Shown: positions 12,301 through 25,833, numbered from the stretch's first letter. The stretch: 64,000 bases of DNA from Octopus bimaculoides (GCF_001194135.2 NC_068988.1:17201545-17265544); one strand, 5' to 3'. A program made the numbers and translations. The notes: a model not told the origin generated them from the sequence alone.

Positions 12301-12829
12301 AGCTGAAGAACGATTTTCATGAAAATATCATTGAAACAAAGAATTAATTTAAATTTCAAATCGGAAGCATTCAGTAAAAGTAAATACGCCGATAAATTTA
12401 CATTATCAAACTAGACAATGTAACCTTGAATGAGACAGTACAATGTCTTCAGACCTTAGCAGCGATAGCTTAGACGCAAGACTTTAAATTTAAACACTAT
12501 AATAATATTTTGTCTCCTCAGTTCTCATTGATTTTATTTCAATTTTTTTACCTTAATTCTTTCTTCACGTCTATATAGAATTCAATATCTGTTTTTAAAG
12601 TGTATGCTATGCATTGCATATAGACTTTATGTACGTTTTGTGTTTGTATGTATGCGTGTATGTGTGTGTGTACGGAATATTAACTTTTCAAAAATTATAT
12701 GTGTATGATATTGAATGAAATTTGACAGTAAACTATAAAGAAATTTAACACCTTTAAGTTTATTCTTGAGGATATCCCTTTGATATTTTACTGGGCTGGA
12801 AGATGAAAATAAGAGACAATTTTATTTTT

Positions 12830-12965
12830 CTATAATGCTTAGTTTGACATTTCGTCCTCGGACGTCTCTTTGGCGAAACTACGATTTCATTAGTAGCCGA
12901 ATCATTGTATTAGCAACAAACAAGATGATGACAAATATCCGTCAAATGTAAATAATGTAAATACC
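12830..12965. mobile_element. Penelope-like tail relic
   Basis: 12896-12965 is homologous to window positions 1-70; the adjacent TTTCGTCCTCGGACG forms a short stem-loop. Confidence 0.4.
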
Positions 12966-13809
12966 GTACATGTATTTTTTATGTATGTTTAATTATAGGT
13001 GTATATATGTGTGTGCATTGGTGTGTGTGTGTGTGCGTGTATTATGTGTGTATATGTGTGTGTGTGGTGGAGTGTTTGATTTATATATGTAATGCACATG
13101 TCGGTTTTTGTAGAAATTATTATTATGTCATTATTCCAACTTTCGTACACTATTTTCTCTGAATCACATGCTTCAAAATTTCTTTTCGGTATTTCAAGTA
13201 GATGTGCAATGATTATTCCACGTATGTTTTGTTTAAATATAATGTGCATACTCCTTACATAGATATACGTGGTAGTATATAACACGTTTGAGCACGTATA
13301 TAAATATGTAACCCTACATATATGTACATATGTATAAAGACGCACGGCAATATTATATGTTTCCCTTATTTTGGAATCACATTAGCTAGAGAGATATATT
13401 GGGCAGTTGCATGTCTCGATATATATCAGATTAATGGTTTTATGTTTTCTTCCTTAAAACATGACGTCTAACTACTTTAATTGAAGTATGTCCAGTTGTG
13501 TGTATTTTCAGAAGACCTATTACTTCTGTAAATTGTTTAATGGAAAATCAATATACAATTTGAAGTTGAAGTATTATTGCAATCGCCCTGTGAGTTAAAT
13601 GGAAACCGAATAATTCTTCCAGGGAAAATCAGTTTTCTTATAAGCCTGTTGAATATCTTGATGAAGATACAAAATAAAATGATATATACATCCACAATAT
13701 AATACAATATTCATCACGATTCTTCTTATGCATATAAAATAGAGGGGCCATACTTTATTTGAAGCTGTCATTAAAAACATAAACGCGCGCTGACATACGA
13801 ACAGACACG

Positions 13810-13870
<61 letters not shown>

Positions 13871-13905
13871 NNNNNNNNNNTATATATATATATATATACA
13901 CACAC

Positions 13906-13946
<41 letters not shown>

Positions 13947-14439
13947 TGTGCCTAATTTTAAATCGTTGATATTTAATCTCATGTTTGTATCTCATTTTCA
14001 AAAAAAGATAATCGTCTATTATTATATTATTTGTTTGAAAATTGTAGTAGAAACGTAAAAGTGAAAATATTTACAATTCGAAATCCTACCTTCATATTGT
14101 GTGTGTATGTGTATCTGTGTATTTATGTTTGCTTGTGCTTGTGTTCATATCTTAATCCCTCATCACGCCAACGTTTATAGCTACAGAAAATGTCTATTTC
14201 TTCATATGAGCAATTGACTACACAGTTATGGAGAAACCAAGAATCTTAAAGAACATTCTTTATCATTGCACGATGCTTCATTTACGTTTATATTGGTTAG
14301 GTATGAATATTTATTCAACAACTTCGTGGCTTTGTTTAGGGAAAAGCTTTGCAGCAATAGAGAACACCGTTATCCAAAGCTTTCATTCAAGTGAAATTTG
14401 AATAACAATTATCAATGAAGTTATTAAACACTGATTTGA

Positions 14440-14760
14440 AATTTGATTATATTAATTCCATTAATGAAAGCAGCATAAAAATCCTTTCTTCAAGTTGAAA
14501 CTTACAGCGGGATGTTACAATATTTGCATCTCCTCTGTGAGACAAATATGACATTTATTCACTATTTCTGTAAAAAAAAGAACCTATTCGATTTTGTCCC
14601 TGGTTTTGCTAAAACAAATATTTTTCAAGTTCTGAAGTCTGTAAATTCAGTACTGACGCAGCATTATCTATTTCGGGATCTGAATAAGTTTGTGTGTTGA
14701 GATAATCATCGGTGACTATTGTCACGTGTAGTACCTCGAGAAATCTTCAGTTGAGCAAGC
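14440..14760 (-). mobile_element. Penelope-like GIY-YIG C-terminal relic
   Basis: Minus translation with frameshifts SELEKYLF...IVNKCHICLTEEMQIL*HPAVSFNLKKGFLCCFH parallels TELSKYIW...KRCNLCLTEK..I...LNKR.EL..KCRH. Confidence 0.5.
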
Positions 14761-16201
14761 GTTGCTTTATAAAACACTACCCATGAAAAGGAGAATCTGA
14801 ATTAACTGCTAGATTAATTTAGAGACACGTAGATGGAAGCCATAGGTACATGTGTTGGTTGTTGTCTTTCGTAGCGCACTATGTCAGAAGCGATGTCATC
14901 GTGATTCGGATAATATAATTTTCATATTATTCTCATTAATAAACTTGCAGTATTAAAAATGAGTTTATGAAATGTATAATACTGAATAACATAAATAGAC
15001 TTGTTCAAATATGCAAAAACACCTAATTTTGTTGTTGCTATTGATGTGGTTATTTTTGCGCCATTCTTCTCCATTCTTTTACGTTTCTTCTTTTAAATAC
15101 TTCGGGAGATTTAACTTTCATTCTTCATTCGGATTTTCATCCTTACGATTATTTTAAAATAGCGAAAACAATTGTTAATTGGCAATTAACTTTACACTTG
15201 CCATCATGTTGGTTCGGTCAATAGAAATAATCGAATCCATTGAAAATTTCGCCTCTGGATATTTGACCCATCCCAAACAATTTATTTCAGTGACACATAG
15301 TTCACCTCACACTTGTCAGCGCTCTTAATAACAATCAGTGAAATGGCGTTATATACCTGAATTAGATATTCTACTTCATAGATACACAAATAAAATCTCT
15401 CTTCCTTCTCTCTTTGTTTCCTTTTCTCCCTAGAGTTGTATATATCAAATTTCTTCCTAATACTCACTGTATCACTATTATACTATTCTATATTCCACAT
15501 TTCACAATATTCTATTCTACTATTCTATTTTTCACATTATCTTTTGCCCACTCTTTCCCACACATTTTCCACAGCATTGACTTTCTCTCCCCAACTCAAT
15601 TTCTGTTCCTTCGTTAATTTATTATTATTCCAGCACCCTCTTCCACAACTTATTATCTTTATTATACCAAAGTTTCATGATTACACGCGTAATTTTCTTC
15701 ACAAATGTTCGACTACAAATTCCTATGTCGCTCTCACATTTTCTATCACATTATTTTTATGAATATATTACACTTACAATTTTCCGTATAAGTATTTGCT
15801 TCTTTATTACAAAGAACGACACAAAGAAATTCCTTTTGTTAATAATTAAGTTTTGTAAAGAAACACTTTTTGTTCAGGAATTGTTCAGCCTCTTCTTCAG
15901 AAAATGCAGCTTTTGAAAGAAAGTATCAAAAGCCTTTCGTTTAAGGGTCACACCCCTAGTAAAAATCTCATTTCATTATTTATTTATTTATTTATTAGCA
16001 ACATTTATTACAGTTATTCAAACACGGGAACAAAAGTACATATATAAGTGCGTGTCTGTATATGTATATATGCATTTATATTGATATAACCATAAATATA
16101 AAAGTGTGGCATGTGTGTATGCATTAGTTTATATATATATATATATATTTATATGTGTGTGTGTATATACATCATGTATATATGATGTGTGCATAAATGT
16201 C

Positions 16202-16232
<31 letters not shown>

Positions 16233-16290
16233 CACATCTTATATCTACATGCATACATGTACGTATGTATATATATATATATAATAAACG

Positions 16291-16356
<66 letters not shown>

Positions 16357-16519
16357 ATGTATAGTCATATCGAAAAAAACGAACATTGAAAATAACAATA
16401 ACAAACAACAAGTGGATTTACGCATAAAATGCATTAGTTTGACGCTCACATGTGTGTATGTGTATGTGCATGTGTGTGTTTGTGGCAGTGTTCTAGAATA
16501 AGATAATTAAAGAATTGAT

Positions 16520-17220
16520 TATTATATGGTAAACTCTGTTTCTTGTAAAGATCCCTGGCCAACGCAGTGGAGATAACAATTAAGATATTCTTATATGGTA
16601 CCTCTCCTGATCTTTGTGTATATTTTGACCTTTTGTACTCTTTCACGTAAAACTCGTGTACTCTCGTCCAATTTGGGAATGTGTACCATGATTGAATGGT
16701 GGGGAACTTCAGCAACAGTCTTGATCTACTGCACATGAAACCATTCGTGTCATTGTTAAACCACAAATAAAGAACATTCATATCCCAATCCGAGTTCGAC
16801 TACCATCCGTGCAGCATCTATATTCTTTTCCATGACTTTCATATCGTATGTCCCTATCGTAAGGCTTCACTTCCACACACGCCAGCTTAATCCAATTCGT
16901 CCTTAGTCGAAAGACACCCGTTGTTGATGTCCTGTTGTTTGTATTTGTACTTGTGTACCATTTCTCCGTTTGTTTTTTGTCTTTGTTTTCCTATACATTC
17001 GCTTGCTTTCTTCCAGGGAAGTTAGTGCTCTTAGCTTAGATTTTCTTGGGGCTGGCCAGATTGGGGCAGTCGCGAGTGTAATTAGCCGAACTACTGAGAA
17101 AATCTGGAGCTCGACTTAAGATAGAAAACTCCGAATGACCCGTCCCGGTTTTTTCCTGTGCTTTTTTGTATCGTTTCACTGTCCGGATGTTTTGCTGTTG
17201 CCTGTTACGTTCTTGTTCCA
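16520..17220 (+). mobile_element. Possible Penelope-like GIY-YIG relic plus tail
   Basis: Plus translation HETIRVIVKPQIKNIHIP resembles the PLE motif RIRVHKQQIR; the 3' part (about 17150-17220) resembles the reverse complement of the repeat at 53035-53110. Heavily degraded. Confidence 0.3.
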
Positions 17221-17344
17221 TTTTTGTTTTCTCTCTCTCTCTATATATATATATGTATAGGTGTTATGTATATGTATCTGTGTGTGTGCATGTGTGTGTG
17301 GCTTATCTCATATTCCTTTAACGGTTATGGAGAAAGCTGTAGTG

Positions 17345-17485
17345 TTCTTGAAATAAAAGTATGTTTGCATTTCCGAATACTCAAGGAGAAAGAAAAGATT
17401 AGATATTCACAGAAACTTGTTGATATCAGCTTCGAAGTTTTCAAAGATGATCGTTTGTGTGTTCGACCACAGAAAGCTGTAGATA
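17345..17485 (+). mobile_element. Penelope-like tail (same family as 6620-6750)
   Basis: AATAAAAGTATGTTTGCATTTCCGAATACTCAAGGAG...AAAGATGATCGTTTGTGTGTTCGACCACAGAAAGCTGT aligns with 6620-6750. Confidence 0.45.
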
Positions 17486-18674
17486 TGCAAGCTTTTAAAC
17501 TTTATTATCATTATTATGCGGAGTAGCCATGTCTCATAGACAAGATGAGTCACAACTCTTGGTTAATAATCGTCGTAGAGGTGTTAACGTGAAGAAAATT
17601 AACACTTGGTGGTAAAGGGAAAATGACTCATAGCAGATTGGTCATCATCTGGATCAACAAGGGCTACGTCCACTATGGAGGAATCGGCCGGGGGTATAAA
17701 AGACTGCAGAGGGAAGAAGCTCTTCTACAGGTACAGATCAATATCAAGCCATGCTCTCCATATTCAAGAGCAGAACAAAGACAAATATCTAAATGTATCA
17801 AAAGAAACCGAGAGGAGCATAAGGAAATGATATATAGTGATACACGCATGTTATCACTCGTTAGAAAACTATATGAATCAAAAGTGTATTGAGGGAAAGA
17901 AATCCAAAAATGAATCTAAACATGAATGCAAACAAACTTGCAAATGTAAGAAGTGATTTTCTGAGAAACGAGCGACTAACAGACGAAGAGTTAAACGAAA
18001 TCAAGAGGAAAGTTAAAAAAGATTTGAGAACATGATTTTCAGGTATGGATGAACATGATTAATGTGACTGGAGAGAAACCACAAAAACTTAGTGACGAAG
18101 TTGTCTTCGGAAGAAATTACACAAAAATCGAAAGTGTCAGAAATAAAGCGGAACAGAAACAATCTGTAAACAGATAAACAATATGGATGAAGATACTTTT
18201 GCTCATGAGTATACAGATCGGCTTGAACATACAAAGCAAGAAATTCTCATTGAATTTGATAAAGTAAAAATCATTTGTATGACTCACTATGAGGCATTGC
18301 GGAAACTTACAAAAACGACCAGAACACAAGACATTTTTCTTTCTATTGGAAATCAGTCTGTTAATGCAATAACTGAAAAGATAGAACCTGATGTATCAGA
18401 ATTGAAGGAGGTTATATATGCAGTAGCAACGGCAGCAGAAGGAAAATCTATGTCAAATAAAAGACGAAAAGGACGAAAAGCCCAAAACAACTTGGAAGAC
18501 AAAATGTGAAAGGTGATTAAGTAATACAAAATAAATTTTAAACATGATTTGCCATTGAGCAAAGAGACACTGAAACTGAAAGTACAGCTGAGATCTCCAA
18601 GAATCAGAAAATTCGAAAGACGTAACAGGTTCCAGGAACAAAATTGGCTATTTGTGCCAGATGCAAAAGGGCTT

Positions 18675-18718
18675 ACATGTAAAGTGAGACATGTAAAGTG
18701 AGACATGTAAAGTGAGAC
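18675..18718. repeat. 14-bp tandem repeat x3 (ACATGTAAAGTGAG)
   Basis: Three perfect copies inside the Dong element. Confidence 0.95.
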
Positions 18719-20530
18719 AATTTAGGTAAATGAAACTTCTTCCATTTTTGAGATTGAAGGAGTTCGGAAAACAATATGGAATACAGAATATCCAGTAACG
18801 ACAATGCAAATGGATAGAGGACATTCAGTAATTTCGAAAAGCTAATGCAACTAGACATAACTATATCAGAATTTGAGTTAGCAGTAAAGAAACTCAACAA
18901 ATGTAAACCTCCCGGTAGTGAAACAATGCCAATCTTCTGGTTGTGTTATCTAGCAGCTACATATGATATACTGCTAAAATGTTATAACGAAATTCTGCAC
19001 AACACTTAGAAAAGCACTGGGACTTACGACTGTAAATACCGACTTCTGATTAACTGTATTATCCTAGAAAGTTGTCATAGTAAGCGTCATCTACTACAGA
19101 AGGATTTTAAAGACGTTGGATTTCTGAACATTATCATACGCTGATGGAATATTAAGTTCCCGCAACATAAGCATCAAGTGTGGTATTTTTTAAGGTGATT
19201 TGTTTTCCTCTCTTATATTTCGATTTGCATTGACACCTGTGACACGAGAACTTTAAAAAAAACACGAAATGGGTGCAAAGTATAAAGCGAGACCATAAAT
19301 CATCTTAAATGTTCTACAAAATTTGGCAGGGAACTGGAAGGACTGTGCGAGACTTTTAAGGTGTTCAAGAACGATGTACGTTTAACCACTGGGAAAGGAA
19401 AATGCGTGGAAACAACATTCAAGAAAGGCAGAAGAACAAGCATATATTCAATGAGAATATACGTGGATATAGGAATTAAGGAACTGGAACAGAAGCACCT
19501 CCACAATTATTTAGGTATCAATGAAAACACCAGCAGTGCTCACTCTTGGCACTAAAGTTTTCCCAGTTAACATACCAGCCGCCTCGGGCAGGTGGCGAAA
19601 TGTACCCCGGAGGAAGCATGCAAGCCGAATCGACCAGGAGTTGGAGGCACTACCGCAACGCAGACGGTGCCCAACATCGAAATCAACTGAAAGAATTAAA
19701 TATCTACTATAGATGCATATACTTGCAACTGCCTATATGAGGACATTAGAGAAATAAAGAAAATGGACTTCAGAATCAGAAAACGTCTGACCTGTAATAA
19801 TCTACATCATTCAAAAGATTATATGGGTCACCTTTATCTCCCTTGACGAAGTGAAGTTAGAGGAATGATCCAGCTTGATTTGGCTCACATCAAGTGCAAA
19901 TGACTGGATGCTGAAATGGGCTACATCAAAGGAAAGGAGGAAAAATGTACGTTCAGTCAAGAAACACAGTAGGATGTTTTTGAAAAATAAGGAATACATA
20001 ACGAACATTCGAAAATTATGCTGATTCTGCAATTTAGACTGCAACTCCCTTCAAAGCTTTGGCGAAAAGTTAGTAGTACAGAACCTGATATAGATAAAAC
20101 TTTCACCTATGAGAGAATGCGGAGTTATGGGCTAAAAGCACAGAGTGGGGAATTCATTTTGGCCCAACATTCGAGCCAATGTAGCTTGAAATGTAACTAA
20201 CCCAATATGTCGATTTTATAATAAGCTCATTAAGACTTTTCACTGACTGATTTCAAACTATATAGAATTGGTTCTCCAGGAGTCATGATGGAATAAGGCA
20301 ATATTCACATTGGGTAATGTGCAGATCGGACGCTATAATGACAGATAAAAGATGATGCAAACATCACCCAGATGCAGAAACAGAGTACAATGATGTGGCA
20401 ATTCTCCAAGATTTTCTTGTGAACACCGAATGACAGAGGTCAAACGCTCGATATATTTGTGAAGAACCGTAAAAATACATGCATTTTAGTTTACATGAGC
20501 ATATCATCTGATTCTAGCATCTCCTAAGTG

Positions 20531-20835
20531 AAGGCGCATTGTTTAGTAGTTAGTTTTTTGGCTCACGATCGCAAAGTTGTGAGTTCAATTCCTGGCGAGG
20601 CGTTGTTTCCTTGAGCAATCTACTTTCTTTCTGTTGCTCCAAACCACTCAGCTGGCAAAAACGTGTAATACCTGTATTTCAAAGCGCCAGCCTTATCACA
20701 CTCTGCCACGTTGAATCTTCCTGGAAACTACTTTAAGTATTGACGTTTCTGTGGAGTGCTCAGCCACCTGCACGTTAATTTCACGAGCAGGCTGTTCCAT
20801 TGATCGGATCAACGTCGTAACCGACGAAGTGCCAA
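20531..20835 (+). mobile_element. tRNA-headed CORE-like SINE sharing its 3' module with the tRNA-Arg SINE
   Basis: Head AGGCGCATTGTTTAGTAGTTAG...GAGTTCAATTCC, CORE-like GCGTTGTTTCCTTGAGCAA...GCTCCAAACCACTCAGCTG, 3' module CTGTGGAGTGCTCAGCCACCTGCACGTTAATTTCACGAGCAGGCTGTTCCATTGATCGGATCAAC...GTGCCAA shared with 21746-22129. Confidence 0.85.
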
Positions 20836-21171
20836 TTAGATGGGATAATTAAACGTACTTGAGAGAATGTTGTATCTTTAGGCCTACACAGTACCAGTGA
20901 TAGTCGGTGCAGTTAGAAGGATAAGAAAAGAAACGGAAAAGTATTTGGAGCAGATTCCCTGGAAAGTCATCTATGCAGGAGATACAGAAAACTTTTCTGA
21001 GTGATGAGGACATTATCAATTCCTATAACTTGTAAACACATTTAGTGTCTCTTATCGTTGAAGATGAAAGCCAGTTGATTGTTAAAGTGAATATTACCAA
21101 ATGTTGCTTCGGGGATCGGGTTCAACTCGGCAAGATATAAGAAAGATGCATAATTCAAAGGAAGTTACACA

Positions 21172-21300
21172 TGATGATGATGATGATGATGACGACGACG
21201 ACGATCATGATCATGATCATGATGATGGTGATGATCATGATGTTGATGATGATGACGACGACAATGATGAAATGGAGGACAAGGAGGAGGAGGATGTAGT
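21172..21300. repeat. Imperfect (GAT/GAC/GAG)n trinucleotide array
   Basis: Directly visible; source of the poly-Asp ORF 21101-21331. Confidence 0.9.
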
Positions 21301-21745
21301 AGTAAATCAACCGTATTTAGTTATGCAATAGAAATGTTTAAAGTACAGCATAGTATCATCATCAAAATGTTACAACTGAAACCGAAAAGTGGAGTAAAGT
21401 AATTGCGATGTTAAGTTGTAAAGTGTCAGCTTTGTAAGTTCTAATTAAGCCGGTTTTCTGCTAACGTATATTATGAAGAGTTAGGAATTCCCGACGCAAT
21501 CAGGTAAACTAATTTCTGAACAAGAATCCTCAGGTTCACGTAAGACACGTGCGATTATTACCTGAGAAGAAAACATTACTCGAGACGTATACGTATGCTT
21601 GTATTAGTGCGGGAGTATGTTTACATTTACGTGAATATACGTACTTGCAAACACTAAAAAAAAAAATCACACACACACATACACACACGCATAGGTTTGA
21701 TATTGAAGTATTTATGAGTAAGTGTTAGTTTATTTTAATGCATGT

Positions 21746-22129
21746 GGAGGCGCAATGGCCCAGTGGTTAGGGCAGCAGACTCGCGGCCATAGGATTGCAG
21801 TTTCGATTCCCAGACCAGGCGTTGTGAGTGTTTATTGAGCGAAAACACCTAAAGCTCCACGAAGCACCGGCAGGGGATGGTGGCGAACCCTGCTGTACTC
21901 TTCCACCACAACTTTCTCTCACTCTTTCTTCCTGTTTCTGTTGTGCCTGTAATTCAAAGGGTCAGCCTTGTCACACTGTGTCGCGCTGAATATATCCGAA
22001 AACTAGGTTAAGGGTACACGTGTCTATGGATTGCTGAGCCACTTGCACGTTAATTTCACGAGCAGGCTGTTCTGTTGATCGGATCAACTGGAACCCTCAA
22101 TGTCGTAAGCGACGGAGTGCCAACAACAA
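21746..22129 (+). mobile_element. tRNA(Arg)-derived SINE (OR-type), full length
   Basis: A-box TGGCCCAGTGG, anticodon-like GACTCGCGG, B-box GTTTCGATTCC, body and (CAA)n tail; highly similar to 52169-52553 (-) and 60233-60604 (+). Confidence 0.92.
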
Positions 22130-22489
22130 TTCAAATGCATACATTTACACACACACACTTAGCCCAACGGGGAAAAGGTCTGTATACACATATGTGTGCA
22201 TGTGTATGTGCGTATATTAGTGTATCTTGATTCTGGTCCAGCACATATTCCACTCCAAATCCTCGTTATATTAATCGCGAACACAAAGCATAGACAAGCC
22301 AGATTGTAATAGCGTGGAGTCATGTAATATATAATAAAGATTTATATCAATATATTTTGAAATGTTTTGACTGTAAGAAAAATCTTTCTTACATAATTAC
22401 TTGAAACACGTGTATTAAATGCATTCAAGAGGTCGACATTTGATTTGTCTTATGACATATATGTGTGTAACTGTGTATGTATGTAAGTG

Positions 22490-22740
22490 AAGGAGAGAGA
22501 TAATCCATATGAAGATTACATTCCAATATCCTCTAAAAACATCAAGCTTCCAATAAACTTCTACAAACTTCTATATTTATTTCCAAAGTTGCAGAATCTG
22601 TTTTGGCAGTGTGACAAAATTTTTGGAAAGTCACTATAATAAAGTCATGCAGTTGCATCAGATCGAATTTTGTTATTGAGAAAAAGCACAAGACAATGAC
22701 CACAGATTTATCTCCCACAAACAATCATCAGCTTTTGTAG
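22490..22740 (+). mobile_element. Small degraded R4/Dong RLE-domain fragment
   Basis: Translation QNFWKVTII...SNFVIEKKHKTMTTDLSP resembles KILWDFTIQ...PDIVIKDKKEKTCLLID of the RLE domain. Confidence 0.4.
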
Positions 22741-25620
22741 AAATTACAGTCTTTAGAATTGTTATAGAGATACCGAGGGTAGTATTATATGAGAAATCAG
22801 GCCTCGATAATGGTTACGTCTTACAATATTTCTTTGAGTCATTTCATTTTCATTTCTACTCCCATTGCCGTCGAATTTATCAATCGTCATTCAGGGACGA
22901 TGGTGGTAAGGGGCAGAGATATTCTGTTTCTCCACTCAGCAATGATTGCACATACCGGCATGGAGGAATATTTAAGAAATATTTTACTTAAATTTAGAAT
23001 TCAGAAATATAATATTCTAAGCTTTGGATATTTAGGATATTATATTTCTAAACTGAATAGAATTAAAACGACGCAATCTGCAGAATAACAGAATATGGGA
23101 GAAATATTTGCGAAAGGATGAGTGATAAAATAAAAACGAATTGCTGATAAATATGTTTTCTAATTTAACTTCTGGATTATTTTCAACTCTAGAAAAACTA
23201 TACAGAATACAGAACGTTGAAAGAAAAGTAAATTAAATACCAATAGAGAAAACAATATTGGTATGTGTTCATTAGTATTGATTTATTACACCAGGAAAAA
23301 AATTCTTGATTATGTTGATTACAGGCTAAATTATATTGTGTGACGTCAATGTGTTTCTTGAGTTATTTAGTGACGGCACAGAAGCGAAATAGTTACTGCT
23401 GGGATTTATTGTCAGTCAACTTAGTTACATTCATTGCCGATTTTTTTAGCCTTCATTAACATATCTATATATTTTAGATTTATGATATGTGTATAAAAGA
23501 TACGCGTATGAGTGCTTATTAATTATTAAAAATATATATATAAAGCACTCATGAATTATCATTAGGCAGCTTCTTTGCATTTATTTCGTTATCGCATTCG
23601 TTAGACTTCTTTAAATTATTTATATATCTTCGAGTTAGTTTGCTCATGTGTCTCTTTCCACATTTGATAATGCTTCATCAATTTTCACACTGGTTCCAAT
23701 TTAAATTTCAGCCATTTTCTATTTAGATGCTCCTTCAAATCAGGCGTTCTTTTAAACAACACTATCAAAACATAGAAAGTGAATATCATTAGCCATGAAA
23801 ACGCTATTGAAAATATTATTTTGTCGTTCAGTAAGTCGATATGCCATGCTGCCTCCAACTGCAGTTAACTACAGTTAGTCGTTTCTACAACCGATACACA
23901 CAGCATAGTGTCTCAGATGCTATATAATTATGTCATTTCTTCCCTCCTCTGAATAAATCATAAAGAGAAAGACGTTTCCTGCGAGTTACATTAGTGATGT
24001 AAGTAATTAGTTGATTCTGTGCATGTTGTGCAACGGTATATTACTGCACTGTTATGTATGAATCGTTTAAAGTAAAAATCAACACACTTCCATTTTGTTT
24101 ATTAATTTTAGGATTTTATGCACTATTTGGTGTGCATGTTAATTTAAACGTCTAGCTCCGTGGATAATTCATTTATATTTACAGTATAAATATTTTGAAT
24201 TATTAGCCCTTTGGTTTACGGATAAATTTCTGAGCTGAAACATATTTGTTATTACTTACAACTAATTCCAGTTCAGAAACATGTACCTTCTTTATCAATT
24301 TGAAATTTGAAAATAAAACCAGTGTATGCATACCTACAATCATTCATATTACCAGACTTAATCCAGTGACTGAATCAGCAACAAACCGAGTTTTAGCTGA
24401 GATACATTGAAACATTATGCTCTTACGCATTCTTATGTCTAGTTCGCTCTAATTATTTGACCTGACCATCGAAGCACCATAGGAGTAGTATTGAAAGAAA
24501 CTATTCTGATGGAAACTATTTATCTCAATACATTTTTGATGTTATATGCGTATATTGATCTAATGTATTGGTATGACATATTATATATTGTAATCTTAGT
24601 TTCTATATATTTAAGCTTCATTGTTCGTAAAACACAAATAACTGATATTTATAATGTCTCACAAGTAGAAATATGCCGAGTTGAATGTTTACCTAAGTTC
24701 AAATATAAGTGTGTTATTTAGTGGTTAGGATTTTAAAATAACGACCCTTAGATCGGTGTTCCAATATTTAGACTGATGAATCCAACCACAGAATGGCATC
24801 TCGTTCAATGGTAGCTGGGTTGATATCATACATTTCATTGCTTGTATGGCATGGAAACAAAGATAAACACCAGCCTAAGTTTCCAGGGCCTCATTACTTG
24901 CCTAAAACTTAACAGCTGTATTTTACAGAAGCTTATGTTGCGTATGTCATTCCATCTTGGAAATATATTTGCAGAAAGCAAGCAAAGTACACTTTTTCCA
25001 TAATATAGATAAATAAAGAAATGGAGTCGAACGCAGGTGTTATTCAAATCATTATACTTACGACATATGTCTCGAAGAAAAGATTGGTATTATGCCAGAA
25101 GTAATAAAATGATGTAAAACAATACAATCTTCTCATCACGGAAAAAAGAGAAACCAAATGCATCAATTAGACATTTTAACCGAATGTATTATCTGCATAT
25201 ATGATGAAGAGAATGCTGGTACGTTATTTTTTAAAGCATCTTTAATATATATAACGTCAAAGGCAATTCATAGACAGAGAAGCAAAAGGAAGTAAGAAAT
25301 TAGCAGAAAAAAAGTGGAGAAATATAGTGCGATCGGTGAATAGGAATAAAGGTTAAAGGCATAGAGATAGAAATATTTAGTTAAAGGTCGAATTTTATAG
25401 ACTGGTAGAAATTTCTTATAGGAATAAAAGTATGTTTTTTCAATGTTTGCAATGATAAACGCGTTCTTTAAACGTGTTTCCTAGAGGATTCTCTGATAAC
25501 AGTATGAATTACATTTCATCGTTACAGAGCGAACAAAAAGATTTGCCCTTATCATACGGAAATGATTTCAATAAAATATTCCATTCCAAATCAAATTGTT
25601 TGTTATANNNNNNNNNNNNT

Positions 25621-25833
25621 AAGGGAGTTCTGAAAAGTCTTTGGTTTTAAGGGTGTCGTGAAAGGCCTGCTTGGAGGCTTAACATTTCGAGTTCTTTTAC
25701 ATTACTTAGAAAACCTGAAAGACAATTGCAACAAGCATATGTATCTGAGAGGGGAATACGTTGAATAAAATCGTGATTAACTGACCCACTTCTGTTTTCT
25801 GTTAGCCAAAGCCAAGACATTTTCAGTGCCCTT
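25621..25833 (+). mobile_element. Mariner-derived MITE with terminal inverted repeats
   Basis: Left AAGGGAGTTCTGAAAAGTCTTTGG versus right CCAAAGCCAAGACATTTTCAGTGCCCTT (imperfect TIR), followed by TA; interior encodes LENLKDNCNKHMYLRGEYVE*, like the mariner transposase C-terminus. Confidence 0.75.

Larger units (their letters stand above)
17620..21030 (+). mobile_element. R4/Dong-type RLE LINE, near full length but decayed (RT + RLE), interrupted by a SINE
   Basis: Motifs appear in the correct order with frameshifts: KLANVRSDFLRNERLTDEEL (about 17935), ITISEFELAVKKLNKCKPPGSETMPIFWL (about 18860), IKCGIF*GDLFS (about 19175), GKCVETTFKKG (about 19395), IKELEQ...NYLGINE (about 19475), RSYGLKAQSGEFILA (about 20120), MSISSD (about 20495), then after the SINE VPVIVGA...TEKYLEQIP (about 20890-20960). 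Confidence 0.88.

Noticed and set aside
14506-14568. Minus-strand exon with TTTTTTTTACAG acceptor and GTAAGT donor
   Set aside because: All three frames contain stops and the segment lies within a Penelope relic; non-coding exonisation cannot be excluded.
21746-21820. tRNA-Arg gene (and similar heads at 52480-52553, 60233-60300, 7741-7830)
   Set aside because: The tRNA-like part continues into a shared SINE body in every copy and lacks a proper acceptor stem; these are SINE heads.
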